In this document: positions 16,795 to 27,301 of the stretch, piece after piece
How the letters are laid out: the number at the start of each line of letters is the position of its first letter
How positions within the stretch are numbered: position 1 is the first letter of the stretch
Origin: an uncultured Bacilli bacterium
GTDB lineage: Bacteria > Bacillota_I > Bacilli_A > RF39 > UBA660
Reading direction: 5' to 3'
Length of the DNA stretch: 64,000 bases
Assembly: GCA_934102335.1 (NCBI GenBank)
Contig: CAKOSP010000005.1
Span: 63 to 64,062 of the forward strand
The notes under the pieces: generated by a model
Told to the model about the DNA's origin: nothing
The model's database searches: none
Seen by the model: the letters and a program-made list of their open reading frames with translations, nothing else
Translations under genes and position numbers: made by a program

Positions 16795-19386
16795 ATGAAC
16801 TTGCTTAATAAACTTACTATCAAAAATTTGAAATTAAATAAAAAAAGAACAATCGTTACTATAATTGGTATAATGTTATCAGTGGCTTTAATTACTGCTG
16901 TAACTACTATTTATGTTAGTGGTGTAAAAAGTTTAGTAACGTATGAAAAACTAGTAAAAGGAAATTATCATGCTGAATTTTTAAATGTTCCTTTAGATGA
17001 TGTTGCCAAAATAAAAAATAACTTGGGAGTAGATAAAGTATTTTTAACTCAAGAAGTTGGATATGCTAAAATAAGCGAATCTAAAAATGTTAATAAACCG
17101 TATGCTTATGTACTAGCTTTTGATAAAGATTCTTTGAAAAATTTATCAATATCTTTAATTGATGGAAGGTTACCAGAAAATGCCGATGAGGTAGTTATTT
17201 CAAATCATTTGTTAACTAATGGTAGAGTTAAATTAAATGTTGGTGATGAAATTACTTTAGACATTGGAAAAAGATATATTGATAATGATAAACTTGATCA
17301 AAGTAATCCTTATAATAAATCTGGAGAAATAATTAAAGATACGTATAGCAAGACATATAAAATAGTTGGTATTTCTAAAAGACCTACTTCTAGTATTGAA
17401 CCATATACAGCACCTGGATATACTTTTATAACCTTGTTAAATCAACCTGATAAAAATAATGATGTTAATGTTTTTGCTTTATATAATAAAGCTGGTTCTA
17501 AACAATATAGTAAAGTTACGGCAAATATATTAGAAATTGATGAAAAAGTTTATGATAATTATTTAAATGATAGTTTTAAAACTGAACAAGAATTTGATGA
17601 GATCTTATCTGAAGTTAATAAAGCCAAATATGGGGTTAATTTAAATCAATATTTAATAATGCTTGAAAATAATCCTATAGAAAATAATGGTTTGAATGAA
17701 TTAATTTATGTTGTTTATATTGTATGTATCATAATTGTTGTTACTTCTGTATTTTGTATAAAAAATAGTTTTGATATTTCAATTACAGAAAAAACTAAAC
17801 AGTATGGAATGTTAAGAAGTATTGGCGCTACTAAAAAACAAATTAAGAAAAATGTTTTTTATGAAGCTAGTATTTTAGGTTTAATAGGAATCCCTTTAGG
17901 TTTATTATTAGGATTTATAGCTTCATATATTTTAATTTTAATTACTAATTATTTATTAGCAGATGCATTTACTGAAGGTTTAAAATTAGTCTTATCTTAT
18001 TCTGTGGTATCTTATATTTTTGCTATAATTTTGGGTATAATAACAATATATTTTTCAGCGTTTAAAAGTGCTCATAAAGCTAGTAAAGTTAGTCCTATTG
18101 AATCTATAAGAAATAGTGCTTCTATAACTGTTAAGGCTAAAAAACTAAAAACACCTAAAATAATTAATAAATTATTTGGAGTAGGTGGAGAAATATCTTT
18201 TAAAAATTTAAAACGTAATAAGAAAAAATATAGAGTAACAGTTTTATCAATAATTATTTCTGTGGCTGTGTTTATATCTTTGACCTATTTTATGAATATT
18301 TTTATGGCCTCAATTAATAGGGAAATATCATATAGTAAATATAATTTATCATATAGTATTTCTATTTCTAATAAAGATAATGAATTACTTTCTAAAGTTT
18401 TAGAAACAACTAAGTTAGATAATATTAAAGAATATACTATGCTTAGAAATGTGTCACTTAAAGTAAATGATGCTAAGTTTAATAGTGAGTATATGAATCT
18501 TTTAGGGGATTATGAAAGTGATAGTTTTGTAAATGTTATATCAGTTGGAAATGACCAATACGAAAGATTTATTAAAAATAATAAATTAAATTATAATGAT
18601 TGTAAAGATAAGGGTATTTTAATTGATAATGTAAGATTTCAATTACAAGATGAAAATAAAAAAACAAAAAAATATGATATGCGAGTATTTAGCTATGAAA
18701 AAAATGACGTTATTAATTTAGAAGGAAATAAAACTGTTACTGTAGCAGCAGTTTTAAATACAAGACCTTTTGGTTTAGCTAATAACTATAATACTAAGTA
18801 TTTACTAGTAACTGATGAATATTTTGATTCATTAGTGAAAGATAACTTATTTTATGAATTATTTTATGATTCAAGTAATGCTAAAGAACTTGGTGATGAT
18901 ATAGACAATATTTTAAACGGTGAATCATATAGTGTAAATAATTATGAAGATAATATTCAAGTTATTAAGAAAATGTTATTATTAGTCGGTATATTTTTAT
19001 ATGGATTTATTATAGTTATAACTTTAATTGGGGTTACTAATATATTTAATACTATAACAACTAATATGGAACTTAGAAAACCTGAATTTGCTATGTTAAA
19101 ATCCGTTGGTATGACAAAAAAAGAGTTTAATAAAATGATTAGATTAGAAAGTGCGCTCATGTGTATTAAATCGTTATTTTATGGAATATCTATTGGGTTA
19201 GTAATTTCTTATATTATTTATTATGTATTTGGAGCTTCAGAGGGATTAGAATTTAACGTTCCATTCAATGGAATAATTATTTCTTGCTTATTTGTGTTTA
19301 TTTTAATTTCTATTTTGATGAAGTATTCAATAAGTAAAATAAATAGACAAAATACAATTGAAACTATTAGAAATGAAAATATTTAA
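16795..19386 (+). CDS. ABC transporter permease with two FtsX modules and large extracellular domains (BceB-like)
   Basis: Eight TM segments arranged as 4+4 with two extracytoplasmic domains. ATG at 16795 follows a GAGGAGG RBS. Confidence 0.8.
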   Translation: MNLLNKLTIKNLKLNKKRTIVTIIGIMLSVALITAVTTIYVSGVKSLVTYEKLVKGNYHAEFLNVPLDDVAKIKNNLGVDKVFLTQEVGYAKISESKNVNKPYAYVLAFDKDSLKNLSISLIDGRLPENADEVVISNHLLTNGRVKLNVGDEITLDIGKRYIDNDKLDQSNPYNKSGEIIKDTYSKTYKIVGISKRPTSSIEPYTAPGYTFITLLNQPDKNNDVNVFALYNKAGSKQYSKVTANILEIDEKVYDNYLNDSFKTEQEFDEILSEVNKAKYGVNLNQYLIMLENNPIENNGLNELIYVVYIVCIIIVVTSVFCIKNSFDISITEKTKQYGMLRSIGATKKQIKKNVFYEASILGLIGIPLGLLLGFIASYILILITNYLLADAFTEGLKLVLSYSVVSYIFAIILGIITIYFSAFKSAHKASKVSPIESIRNSASITVKAKKLKTPKIINKLFGVGGEISFKNLKRNKKKYRVTVLSIIISVAVFISLTYFMNIFMASINREISYSKYNLSYSISISNKDNELLSKVLETTKLDNIKEYTMLRNVSLKVNDAKFNSEYMNLLGDYESDSFVNVISVGNDQYERFIKNNKLNYNDCKDKGILIDNVRFQLQDENKKTKKYDMRVFSYEKNDVINLEGNKTVTVAAVLNTRPFGLANNYNTKYLLVTDEYFDSLVKDNLFYELFYDSSNAKELGDDIDNILNGESYSVNNYEDNIQVIKKMLLLVGIFLYGFIIVITLIGVTNIFNTITTNMELRKPEFAMLKSVGMTKKEFNKMIRLESALMCIKSLFYGISIGLVISYIIYYVFGASEGLEFNVPFNGIIISCLFVFILISILMKYSISKINRQNTIETIRNENI

Positions 19387-19437
19387 TAATTAGGGCTTTA
19401 GCCCTTTTATTATGTTATAATTTATGTGGAGAGAAAT

Positions 19438-20094
19438 ATGAAAATACTATTAATCGAGGATAATTTAACTATAATTAAAGCTTTAAAATATAATTTGGAA
19501 TTAAATAATTATGAAGTTGATTATGTGACTAGTTTTTCTGAGGCTTTGACCTATTTAAATAATAATTTGCCAGAATTAATTATTTTGGATGTTTCTTTAC
19601 CTGATGGTGATGGTTTTTCTTTATATGAAAACTATATTAGTAAAAAAAATGTTTCAACAATATTTTTAACTGCTAAAGATGACGAAGATGACATAGTTAA
19701 AGGGCTAGAATTAGGTGCGGATGAATACATTACCAAGCCTTTTAGTATGAAAGAATTGCAAGTTAGAATTAATAGAATTTTAAAAAAGAATAAAAAAGAT
19801 AGTGTAATTAAAATTGGAGATATTATTTATGATTATGAAAAGATGGAAGTATATAAAAATAATCAAAAAATAATTTTATCTTCAATTGAGCTTAAATTAG
19901 TTGATTTGCTTTTTAATAATATTAATAAGGTAGTTAAAAGAAGTACGATTTTAGATAAAATATGGGAGTGGACCGGAAATGATGTTGATGATCACACAAT
20001 TACTGTTTATTTTAAAAGAATTAGAGAAAAATTGGGAACAAATATTATTGTAACAGTTAAGGGAATTGGATATAGAATTGATTATGAAAAATAG
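19438..20094 (+). CDS. OmpR-family response regulator
   Basis: Receiver domain (LDVSLPDGDG, TAKDDEDD) followed by a winged-helix C-terminus. Confidence 0.9.
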   Translation: MKILLIEDNLTIIKALKYNLELNNYEVDYVTSFSEALTYLNNNLPELIILDVSLPDGDGFSLYENYISKKNVSTIFLTAKDDEDDIVKGLELGADEYITKPFSMKELQVRINRILKKNKKDSVIKIGDIIYDYEKMEVYKNNQKIILSSIELKLVDLLFNNINKVVKRSTILDKIWEWTGNDVDDHTITVYFKRIREKLGTNIIVTVKGIGYRIDYEK

Positions 20095-21292
20095 AGTTAA
20101 ATATAAAAACACTTTAAAAATGAGTATGTTAGTTGTTAGTTTATTCATTATTGTTTTTTCTTTTGTTAGTTTGTGGCAATATAAAAAATATGAAAAAAAC
20201 TTTAATGATAAATTGATACTTATTATATCAAATATTAAAGAAACTTATCCAACAATTGATGAAAGTAAACTCATGCAAATTTTAAGTAGTGAAAGTGTCG
20301 ATACATCTTTACTGGATAAGTATAGTTTAGATTTAAATAATATCAGTTTAATGAATTCTAATAATGGACTGTTTTATAAATATCTTTTGTTGAATATATC
20401 TATAATTCTGAGCTTAGTTTTAATAATAATATTGATATTTATAATTTATGAACGGAAAAAGAGTAAAGAAATAAACGAGATAATTAAATGTATTGAGCAA
20501 ATTAACAAAAAAAATTATGCTTTAAATATAGATAAAATAAGTGAAGATGAACTTTCTATATTAAGACAAGAAATATATAAGACAACTATTATGCTAAAAG
20601 AAGATGCTTATAATTCTAAAAAAGATAAATTAGAACTTAAAGATTCTTTATCTAATATTTCTCATCAACTTAAGACCCCACTTACTTCAATACTGATAAT
20701 TTTGGAAAATTTAGAAGACAATCCTAATATGGATAATATAGTACGTCTAGATTTTATTAGAGATATTAAAAGAGAAATAATTAATATAAATTTTTTAGTA
20801 CAGTCACTATTAAAACTTTCTAAACTTGAAACAAATACCGTTCATTTTTTAAATAAAAAAATTTTATTAAAAGATATTGTTTTGGAAAGTGTTAAAAATG
20901 TTAGCTTAATAGCTGAAGTAAAAAATGTAAAATTAATTGTGGATGAAAACGAAACTGCTTATGTTTATTGTGATGAAAAATGGCAGATTGAGGCTTTTTC
21001 TAATATTATTAAAAATTGTATTGAACATTCCTATATAGGTGGAGTAATAAATATTAGAATTGATGAAAATAATTTGTATACACAAGTTTTAATAAAAGAT
21101 AATGGTGATGGTATATCTAAAAAAGATATTAAACATATTTTTGATAGATTTTATAAGGGTGAAAATTCTAGTCATGATAGTATAGGTATAGGTCTTTCTT
21201 TAGCTAAAACTATAATTGAAAAAAGTAATGGTAATATATCTGTTACTTCAGATAAGAATGGTACAGAATTTGTTATAAAGTATTTTAAATAA
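20084..21292 (+). CDS. Sensor histidine kinase
   Basis: Two TM segments, H-box ISHQLKTPL, N, G1 (DNGDGI) and G2 (GIGLSLA) boxes. The start is uncertain because it overlaps the response-regulator stop. Confidence 0.85.
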   Translation: MKNRVKYKNTLKMSMLVVSLFIIVFSFVSLWQYKKYEKNFNDKLILIISNIKETYPTIDESKLMQILSSESVDTSLLDKYSLDLNNISLMNSNNGLFYKYLLLNISIILSLVLIIILIFIIYERKKSKEINEIIKCIEQINKKNYALNIDKISEDELSILRQEIYKTTIMLKEDAYNSKKDKLELKDSLSNISHQLKTPLTSILIILENLEDNPNMDNIVRLDFIRDIKREIININFLVQSLLKLSKLETNTVHFLNKKILLKDIVLESVKNVSLIAEVKNVKLIVDENETAYVYCDEKWQIEAFSNIIKNCIEHSYIGGVINIRIDENNLYTQVLIKDNGDGISKKDIKHIFDRFYKGENSSHDSIGIGLSLAKTIIEKSNGNISVTSDKNGTEFVIKYFK

Positions 21293-21338
21293 TTAAATTT
21301 TATGTTAAAGTTAACATGAAGATAGGAGATTTTAAATA

Positions 21339-22142
21339 ATGAAAACAGTTGTTGTTACTGGTAGTGCCAGGGGTTTTGGTTATGCAATGTTGGAACTTTT
21401 TAGAAAAAGAAATTTTAATGTTGTATTATGTGATATAAATTCAGATGCTTTAAAAGAGGCTTTCGAAAGATTAAATAATGTTAATTCTAAGGCTAAAATA
21501 TTATCTTTTAAAGTTGATGTTACTTCTGAAGAAGACATTCAAAAACTTATAAATGAGACTTTGAAAGAAACTGGTAGTATTGATATTTGGATTAATAATG
21601 CTGGTGTAAATCAGACTAATAATCCAATATGGGATGTTGATACTAGAGTAATAGATAGACTAATTGATATAGATTTAAAAGGTACTATTTTATGTTCAAA
21701 GCTTATTATGCCAGTGATGATTAAGCAGAAAAGTGGTCAGATTTATAATGTTGAAGGGCATGGAAGTAATGATGCGACAATTATGGGACTTTCAATTTAT
21801 GGCACTACCAAAAGAGCGGTTACTTATTTTACTGAAGCGCTTGCTTATGAGGCAAAAGAATGTGGTACGAATGTGTTAATTGGTAAAATAACTCCTGGTA
21901 TAATGATTACAAATTTTATTAGTACTTCTTTGGGCGATGGTGAAAAAATAGATCTTGATGATAAAACTAAAAAAATCTATAATATCTTAGGTGATTATCC
22001 TGAAACTATAGCGGAGTATATGGTTGATAAAATAATTAACAATACTAAAAATAATGTTAAATTTGCTTGGCTTACTAATAAAAGAGCAGCATGGAGATTT
22101 ATGACTTGTGCTTTTAATAAAAGAAATTTTTTTGAAAAATAA
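21339..22142 (+). CDS. SDR-family oxidoreductase
   Basis: TGSARGFG, NNAG and YGTTK motifs. Confidence 0.85.
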   Translation: MKTVVVTGSARGFGYAMLELFRKRNFNVVLCDINSDALKEAFERLNNVNSKAKILSFKVDVTSEEDIQKLINETLKETGSIDIWINNAGVNQTNNPIWDVDTRVIDRLIDIDLKGTILCSKLIMPVMIKQKSGQIYNVEGHGSNDATIMGLSIYGTTKRAVTYFTEALAYEAKECGTNVLIGKITPGIMITNFISTSLGDGEKIDLDDKTKKIYNILGDYPETIAEYMVDKIINNTKNNVKFAWLTNKRAAWRFMTCAFNKRNFFEK

Positions 22143-22143
22143 A

Positions 22144-22164
22144 AAGGGATTAATTCCCTTTTTT
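22144..22164. terminator. Bidirectional terminator aaggga-ttaat-tccctt followed by tttt
   Basis: Direct reading. Confidence 0.6.
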
Positions 22165-22623
22165 AAATATTCTTTTTATACCGCCTTTATTCTCATACTC
22201 ATCTAAAGAGATAATTAAACCTTCATTTTTTAATTGTATAATCTTTAAAATGTCCTTTAGTTTGTGATTTAATAGCTCACGTTCTAAATAAAGAATATTT
22301 AGTAAAGTTATATCGGCATTTTTGGCTAAGAATATTCGGTGATTTAGAATGTTGATTTTATCTTTTAAAACTTTATATATTCTTATTATTTGTTCATGGG
22401 ACATGGCATTAACTAATTTGTAATCTACAATCCATTCTTGGTCTTTAAAATAATTAATTGTTTCTTCTTTTGTAAATCTTATAAATTCATTTGGATTACT
22501 TTCACTAATATTGTTTTTGTTTATGTCTTTTTGTACTTTTAATGGAATTCCAATTTTAGTATTTTGTAATAAAATTAAATCACTTTTTTGAATGTACAAA
22601 CCATTTTCTGTTAATATTTTCAT
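22150..22623 (-). CDS. Hypothetical protein, 157 aa
   Basis: A complete ORF with no motif. Confidence 0.5.
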   Translation of the reverse strand: MKILTENGLYIQKSDLILLQNTKIGIPLKVQKDINKNNISESNPNEFIRFTKEETINYFKDQEWIVDYKLVNAMSHEQIIRIYKVLKDKINILNHRIFLAKNADITLLNILYLERELLNHKLKDILKIIQLKNEGLIISLDEYENKGGIKRIFKKGN

Positions 22624-22733
22624 AATACCTCCTTGTATGTAAATTCCATATTACACCTATTTTAAAAAAATAGCTACAATTATTTAATTGTTAATTAAAT
22701 TTTTATATTGTATAATTGATGTAGGTGATTTAA

Positions 22734-23264
22734 TTGAAAAGAAAACAGTTAGTGGATTTGATTATTGCTATTTTTTTAATACTTACTGGATGTAGTTTGT
22801 TAGTATTTCCTTTAGTAAATTTTTTAAATGTCAAAAATATTTTTTTAGGGGTTTTAATTATTTATGCCATTTTAAACTTTATTAAATTTTTGTTAACATT
22901 TAAATCTAAAGATTATGAAGGTTTGTTAACTTTTTTAGCATCAGTTGTTACAATGATTGTAGCTTTAAAGGTAGATATTTCTTTAAAACCATGGAATTTA
23001 GCCATAACATTATTTGTATGGATTATAATGATGTCTTTGATAAAATTAAAGAAAAGTGACTATTACAATGATCGAAATAGTAAAATGTGGATAATTAAGA
23101 TTGCTAATTTGATTTTATTTATTGTTGCGGGTATTTTGGCCACGATTAATTTATATTATACAGTGGATATTCAAATTCTTGTATTAGGCTTTTTCTTCTT
23201 TATTAATGGGATTTTAGAGCTTGTTGATCCACTTGCTAATTATATTCTCGATGAAAAAAAGTAA
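22734..23264 (+). CDS. Hypothetical multi-pass membrane protein, 176 aa
   Basis: Five or six hydrophobic helices. Confidence 0.55.
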   Translation: MKRKQLVDLIIAIFLILTGCSLLVFPLVNFLNVKNIFLGVLIIYAILNFIKFLLTFKSKDYEGLLTFLASVVTMIVALKVDISLKPWNLAITLFVWIIMMSLIKLKKSDYYNDRNSKMWIIKIANLILFIVAGILATINLYYTVDIQILVLGFFFFINGILELVDPLANYILDEKK

Positions 23265-23304
23265 TATTATTTAAAAATATGCCTATATTTTATTAGGAGG
23301 CATT

Positions 23305-23565
23305 ATGGAAATAATTAAAGTATCGTCTAAGTCTAATCCTAATAAAGTTGCTGGTGCAATAGCGAGTATTTTTAGAGAAAATCATCAGCTAGAAATTCAA
23401 ACAATAGGTGCTGGAGCTTTAAATCAAGCTATTAAGGCTGTGGCTATAGCAAGGGGATTTGTTGCTCCATCTGGCGATGAACTAGTAATTGTGCCGTCAT
23501 TTAATGATCTTTATATAGGTGATGATGCAAAAACTGCGATAAAATTATTAATAATTTCAAAATAA
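23305..23565 (+). CDS. spoVS: Stage V sporulation protein S
   Basis: MEIIKVSSKSNPNKVAGAIA...IQTIGAGALNQAIKAVAIARGFVAPSG is near-identical to the SpoVS consensus. Confidence 0.9.
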   Translation: MEIIKVSSKSNPNKVAGAIASIFRENHQLEIQTIGAGALNQAIKAVAIARGFVAPSGDELVIVPSFNDLYIGDDAKTAIKLLIISK

Positions 23566-23590
23566 AAAAGATTGTAAACAATCTTTTTTT
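23566..23590. terminator. Bidirectional terminator aagattg-taaa-caatctt followed by ttttt
   Basis: Direct reading. Confidence 0.7.
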
Positions 23591-24926
23591 AATATTTAGA
23601 AATAATTACTCTAAATGTTTTATCTCCTCTAGGCAAAGCATCAGTAATACCATAATCAAATAAACCAGAAAAACTTCCTCCTCTGAATGTTCCTCCACGT
23701 TTTATAAATGGAAAAGATTTTGTTGCAAAATATGCTAAGTTATTATTCCAGCTTTTATCTTCTACTGTACTTGATAAAGTTTCTCTTGTTGCGTCGCCAA
23801 TTAGTCCTCTTTTGTAGTCATTCATTGATCCTTCTTTGTAAAGAGTATAATACCTTTTATTAGGAGGGATGGCACCTTTGTATCCTGCTAAGTTATCATT
23901 TACTGGATATTCACTTATTATTCCCATTACACATTCCCATGATCCACCTGCTAAATCATATATACCATAAATTGTACCTGTTGAAGAGGCTCCAGTTCCA
24001 TAGTAATCAACATCATAGGCGTATGGACATTTGTAGGAACTGGCGCCACTTATCCTTCCTGACGAACATCCTGTTGTAACATTATCCCATGTTGTGTCAT
24101 TTCCGGCAGCTGAGTTGATAAAAATTCTTTTATTTAAATCTTTATAATTGGGATTGTTTTGTTTTGAATAATCGGAATATGATAAGTAAGCTATTGCTCC
24201 CCATTCCATATTTGTAATCATTCTTGATTGATTTTCTAATTTGTAGGAATTTGTAATACCAAATGCGTAATCCCACATGTCTTTGGTATTAATATTTACT
24301 AAAGTTTTTTTACCTGGTAGTATTTTTACTATATTTTCTTCTAAAGATGGTTCAAACTTAGCAATCCAAAAACCATTTAATTCTCCTTCATCGGTAGAAA
24401 AAGCTGGATGAGTGTAAAATAATCCATTTTGAATTTCTGTTTTTTTCTCTGTATCTTTGTTAACAAAATTTATTTCGATAGTTTGTTCTTTAACACGTTT
24501 ATTATCAACATTAAATAATTTGTATTCATATCTTGGTACCCAAACAAAAAATCCTAAAACATCTTCTAAATTTATTAAAGAATCATTTTCTAAGTTTTTA
24601 TAATAATCTAATAATTCGTTTTTGGGAACTATAACATTAGCCCAATTAAGTTTTTCATAACTATACCATTCTTTTTCAGTATTAGCTTTTTTCCAACCAT
24701 TTTCGTAATAAACAGGAATCATATTTTGTTCAATTTCAGGATAGGCGCCATTTAATAATTCTTCTTTATAAGTTATTATTTCTTCTTTTTTTTCAATAGG
24801 TTTTTCTTCAATTACTGGTTCATATTTAATACTAAATTTTTGGTTATTTATTTTAAATATAAAATGTAACATTCCAATAATTAAAATTGATAGTGTAATT
24901 ATTAAAATAATGTATCTTTTTTTCAT
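23589..24926 (-). CDS. Membrane-anchored protein with a formylglycine-generating-enzyme (FGE-sulfatase / DUF323)-like domain
   Basis: GIYDLAGGSWECV resembles the GxYDMxGNVWEW motif. RGGTFRGGSF resembles RGGSW. There is an N-terminal TM anchor. Confidence 0.55.
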   Translation of the reverse strand: MKKRYIILIITLSILIIGMLHFIFKINNQKFSIKYEPVIEEKPIEKKEEIITYKEELLNGAYPEIEQNMIPVYYENGWKKANTEKEWYSYEKLNWANVIVPKNELLDYYKNLENDSLINLEDVLGFFVWVPRYEYKLFNVDNKRVKEQTIEINFVNKDTEKKTEIQNGLFYTHPAFSTDEGELNGFWIAKFEPSLEENIVKILPGKKTLVNINTKDMWDYAFGITNSYKLENQSRMITNMEWGAIAYLSYSDYSKQNNPNYKDLNKRIFINSAAGNDTTWDNVTTGCSSGRISGASSYKCPYAYDVDYYGTGASSTGTIYGIYDLAGGSWECVMGIISEYPVNDNLAGYKGAIPPNKRYYTLYKEGSMNDYKRGLIGDATRETLSSTVEDKSWNNNLAYFATKSFPFIKRGGTFRGGSFSGLFDYGITDALPRGDKTFRVIISKY

Positions 24927-25426
24927 AATACTTTGTACGCCACTAAAGCTAAAATAATACCTAGAAGAATTACTCCAATAATTATGAATATTGGTTTAGC
25001 AAAGCCATTTATTTTATATACTTCATTTTGATCTTCATAATATCTGATTCCATTTTTTAATTTCGTTCTTGTATAACTATTTGATTTTCCATGGCCATCT
25101 AAATCAAATGAATTTTCTTGATTAAATGTATTTAAACAAATAGATTTTGCCTGTGTCAGAGGTTCTTCATAGCATAGGCTTATAACTATTTCAACTTGTG
25201 ATAAATACCAGTCTATAAATCTTTTTTCTTCTTCTTTTAAGCCAGCAGTATTTAATCTATAATTATTAATTTTTATGTAGTCAGAAAAAAAAGTGTTTAA
25301 AGTATTTCTTTCTTCATCAGTTGGTTGTTCTTTGGATAGCGTTTGTTGAATTGTCAAAATCTTATTACTTAAATTTTCATTAATTTCTCTGTTCAATATT
25401 TCTTTTATGTCTTTTTCTTGTTCCAT
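24923..25426 (-). CDS. Hypothetical protein with a C-terminal TM anchor, 167 aa
   Basis: Overlaps the downstream FGE-like gene by 4 nt, so the two form an operon. Confidence 0.5.
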   Translation of the reverse strand: MEQEKDIKEILNREINENLSNKILTIQQTLSKEQPTDEERNTLNTFFSDYIKINNYRLNTAGLKEEEKRFIDWYLSQVEIVISLCYEEPLTQAKSICLNTFNQENSFDLDGHGKSNSYTRTKLKNGIRYYEDQNEVYKINGFAKPIFIIIGVILLGIILALVAYKVL

Positions 25427-25519
25427 AAAATCATCCTACTTTATGTTAATAATACCAAATATAGTATTAAATTACAATTGTTTTTATTCTATATTTATTG
25501 TATTATATTGATGTGATTT

Positions 25520-26812
25520 TTGATGAGTAAATTAGATAAACAATTTGTAATAGATCTATCTAAAAAAAAGCATGAACCTTCTTGGATGTTAGATTTTAGA
25601 TTAAGAGCTTTAAATAAATTTGAAGAGTTAGAAAATCCCAATTTTGGTCCACTTTTAAATATAGATTTTGATAAAATTTTGTACTATAAAAATGATTATG
25701 AAAAAAATCTGGATGACTGGGAAAAAGTTAACAAGGATGTTAAACAGACATTTTGTAGTTTAGGTGTAGTTGACGCTGAAAATAAATATTTAGATGGAGT
25801 TACCAATCAATTTGAAAGTGAAGTAATTTATCATAATACAAAAACTGATAAAAATATAATATTTACATCCACTGATGATGCGTTAGCTAAATATCCTGAA
25901 TTGTTCAAAAAATATTTTAATAATTTAGTTAAATACGATGAAAATAAATATACAGCTTTAAATAGTGCGGTTTGGAGTGGGGGATCTTTTATATATATAC
26001 CACCAAATACTAAATTAGATAGACCACTTCAAAGTTATTTTCGTATTGAAACAGAATCTTTGGGACAATTTGAAAGAACAATTATAATTGTTGATGATAA
26101 TTCAGAATTAAACTATATAGAAGGGTGTACTGCTAGAAGTTATGCTAAAAGTTCACTGCATGCTGGAGTAGTAGAGATATACGTTGGTAAAAATGCTAAG
26201 TGTAGATACTCTACAATTCAAAACTGGAGTAATGATGTTTATAATTTAGTAACAAAAAGAGCTATTGTAGATGAAAATGGCGTAATGGAATGGATTGATG
26301 GAAATATAGGAAGTAAAGTTACTATGAAGTATCCATCTTGTATTTTAAATGGCGATAATTCGGTGGGAAATTCAATAAGTATTGCATATGCGAAAGATAT
26401 TCAAGTTTTAGATGCTGGTGCAAAAATGATTCATATAGGTAAGAATACACGAAGTAATATTTTAAGTAAATCTATAAGTTCTAATGGTGGTAAGGCTAAT
26501 TATCGTGGTACAGTTAGAATTTTACCAAATGCTTTAAATAGTTTTGCTAAAGTTAAATGTGACACAATAATTTTGGATGAAAAATCTTCTAGTGATACTT
26601 ATCCTAAAAATATATTGGAAAACGATTCTTCATATATAGAGCATGAAGCAACTGTTTCAAAAGTAAATGCAGAAAAATTATTTTATTTAATGAGTAAAGG
26701 ATTAAATGAAGATCAAGCAAAAGAATTGTTAATTATGGGCTTTATTTCCGATTTTAAAAAAAGTTTACCTATGGAATATGCAGTTGAATTAAATAGATTA
26801 TTGAAGGAATAG
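25520..26812 (+). CDS. SufB/SufD-family Fe-S cluster assembly protein
   Basis: Conserved C-terminal beta-helix region GKANYRGTVRI...IEHEATVSK. Confidence 0.7.
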   Translation: MMSKLDKQFVIDLSKKKHEPSWMLDFRLRALNKFEELENPNFGPLLNIDFDKILYYKNDYEKNLDDWEKVNKDVKQTFCSLGVVDAENKYLDGVTNQFESEVIYHNTKTDKNIIFTSTDDALAKYPELFKKYFNNLVKYDENKYTALNSAVWSGGSFIYIPPNTKLDRPLQSYFRIETESLGQFERTIIIVDDNSELNYIEGCTARSYAKSSLHAGVVEIYVGKNAKCRYSTIQNWSNDVYNLVTKRAIVDENGVMEWIDGNIGSKVTMKYPSCILNGDNSVGNSISIAYAKDIQVLDAGAKMIHIGKNTRSNILSKSISSNGGKANYRGTVRILPNALNSFAKVKCDTIILDEKSSSDTYPKNILENDSSYIEHEATVSKVNAEKLFYLMSKGLNEDQAKELLIMGFISDFKKSLPMEYAVELNRLLKE

Positions 26813-26937
26813 ATAAATTGTTGTTAAGCATTTTATTATTTCTACTTAGAATTTAATTTTTTCTATAAATAAAATTGAAAATTGGTCTTTTGACTAATTT
26901 TTTTTGTTATGTTAGTTTTTTGTTGAAAGGAGGAACA

Positions 26938-27285
26938 ATGAACGCAGTAGTCTTAGTCGGTAGATTAGTTGATAATCCAGAAATAATTACAACTGAATCT
27001 AATAAAAAGTTAACATCAGTTGTACTGGCTGTTCATCGTAATTACAAAAATTCTGATGGAATATATGAAACAGATTTTGTAAGATGTATTCTTTGGAACG
27101 GTGTGGCTGCAACCACATGTGAATATTGTCATGCCGGTGATATTATTGGAGTAAAAGGAAGAATAGAAACTAGAAGTTATGAAACTGGAAATAAAGAAAA
27201 GAAGTATGTTACAGAAGTAATTGCAGATAAGATAACATTTCTATCTTCAACAAAGCCAAAAGAAGAAACAAAAAAAGCAGGGTAG
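26938..27285 (+). CDS. ssb: Single-stranded DNA-binding protein (short, SsbB-like)
   Basis: OB-fold MNAVVLVGRLVDNPE...TDFVRCILWNG...KGRIETRSYE. ATG at 26938 follows an AAGGAGG RBS. Confidence 0.85.
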   Translation: MNAVVLVGRLVDNPEIITTESNKKLTSVVLAVHRNYKNSDGIYETDFVRCILWNGVAATTCEYCHAGDIIGVKGRIETRSYETGNKEKKYVTEVIADKITFLSSTKPKEETKKAG

Positions 27286-27301
27286 GCTGCTTTTTAGTAT
27301 G

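Noticed and set aside
16485-16823. Antisense ORF spanning the ATPase-permease junction
   Set aside because: Antisense to two strongly supported genes.
18957-19160. Antisense ORF within the permease gene
   Set aside because: Spurious.
19951-20148. Antisense ORF across the response-regulator / kinase junction
   Set aside because: Spurious.
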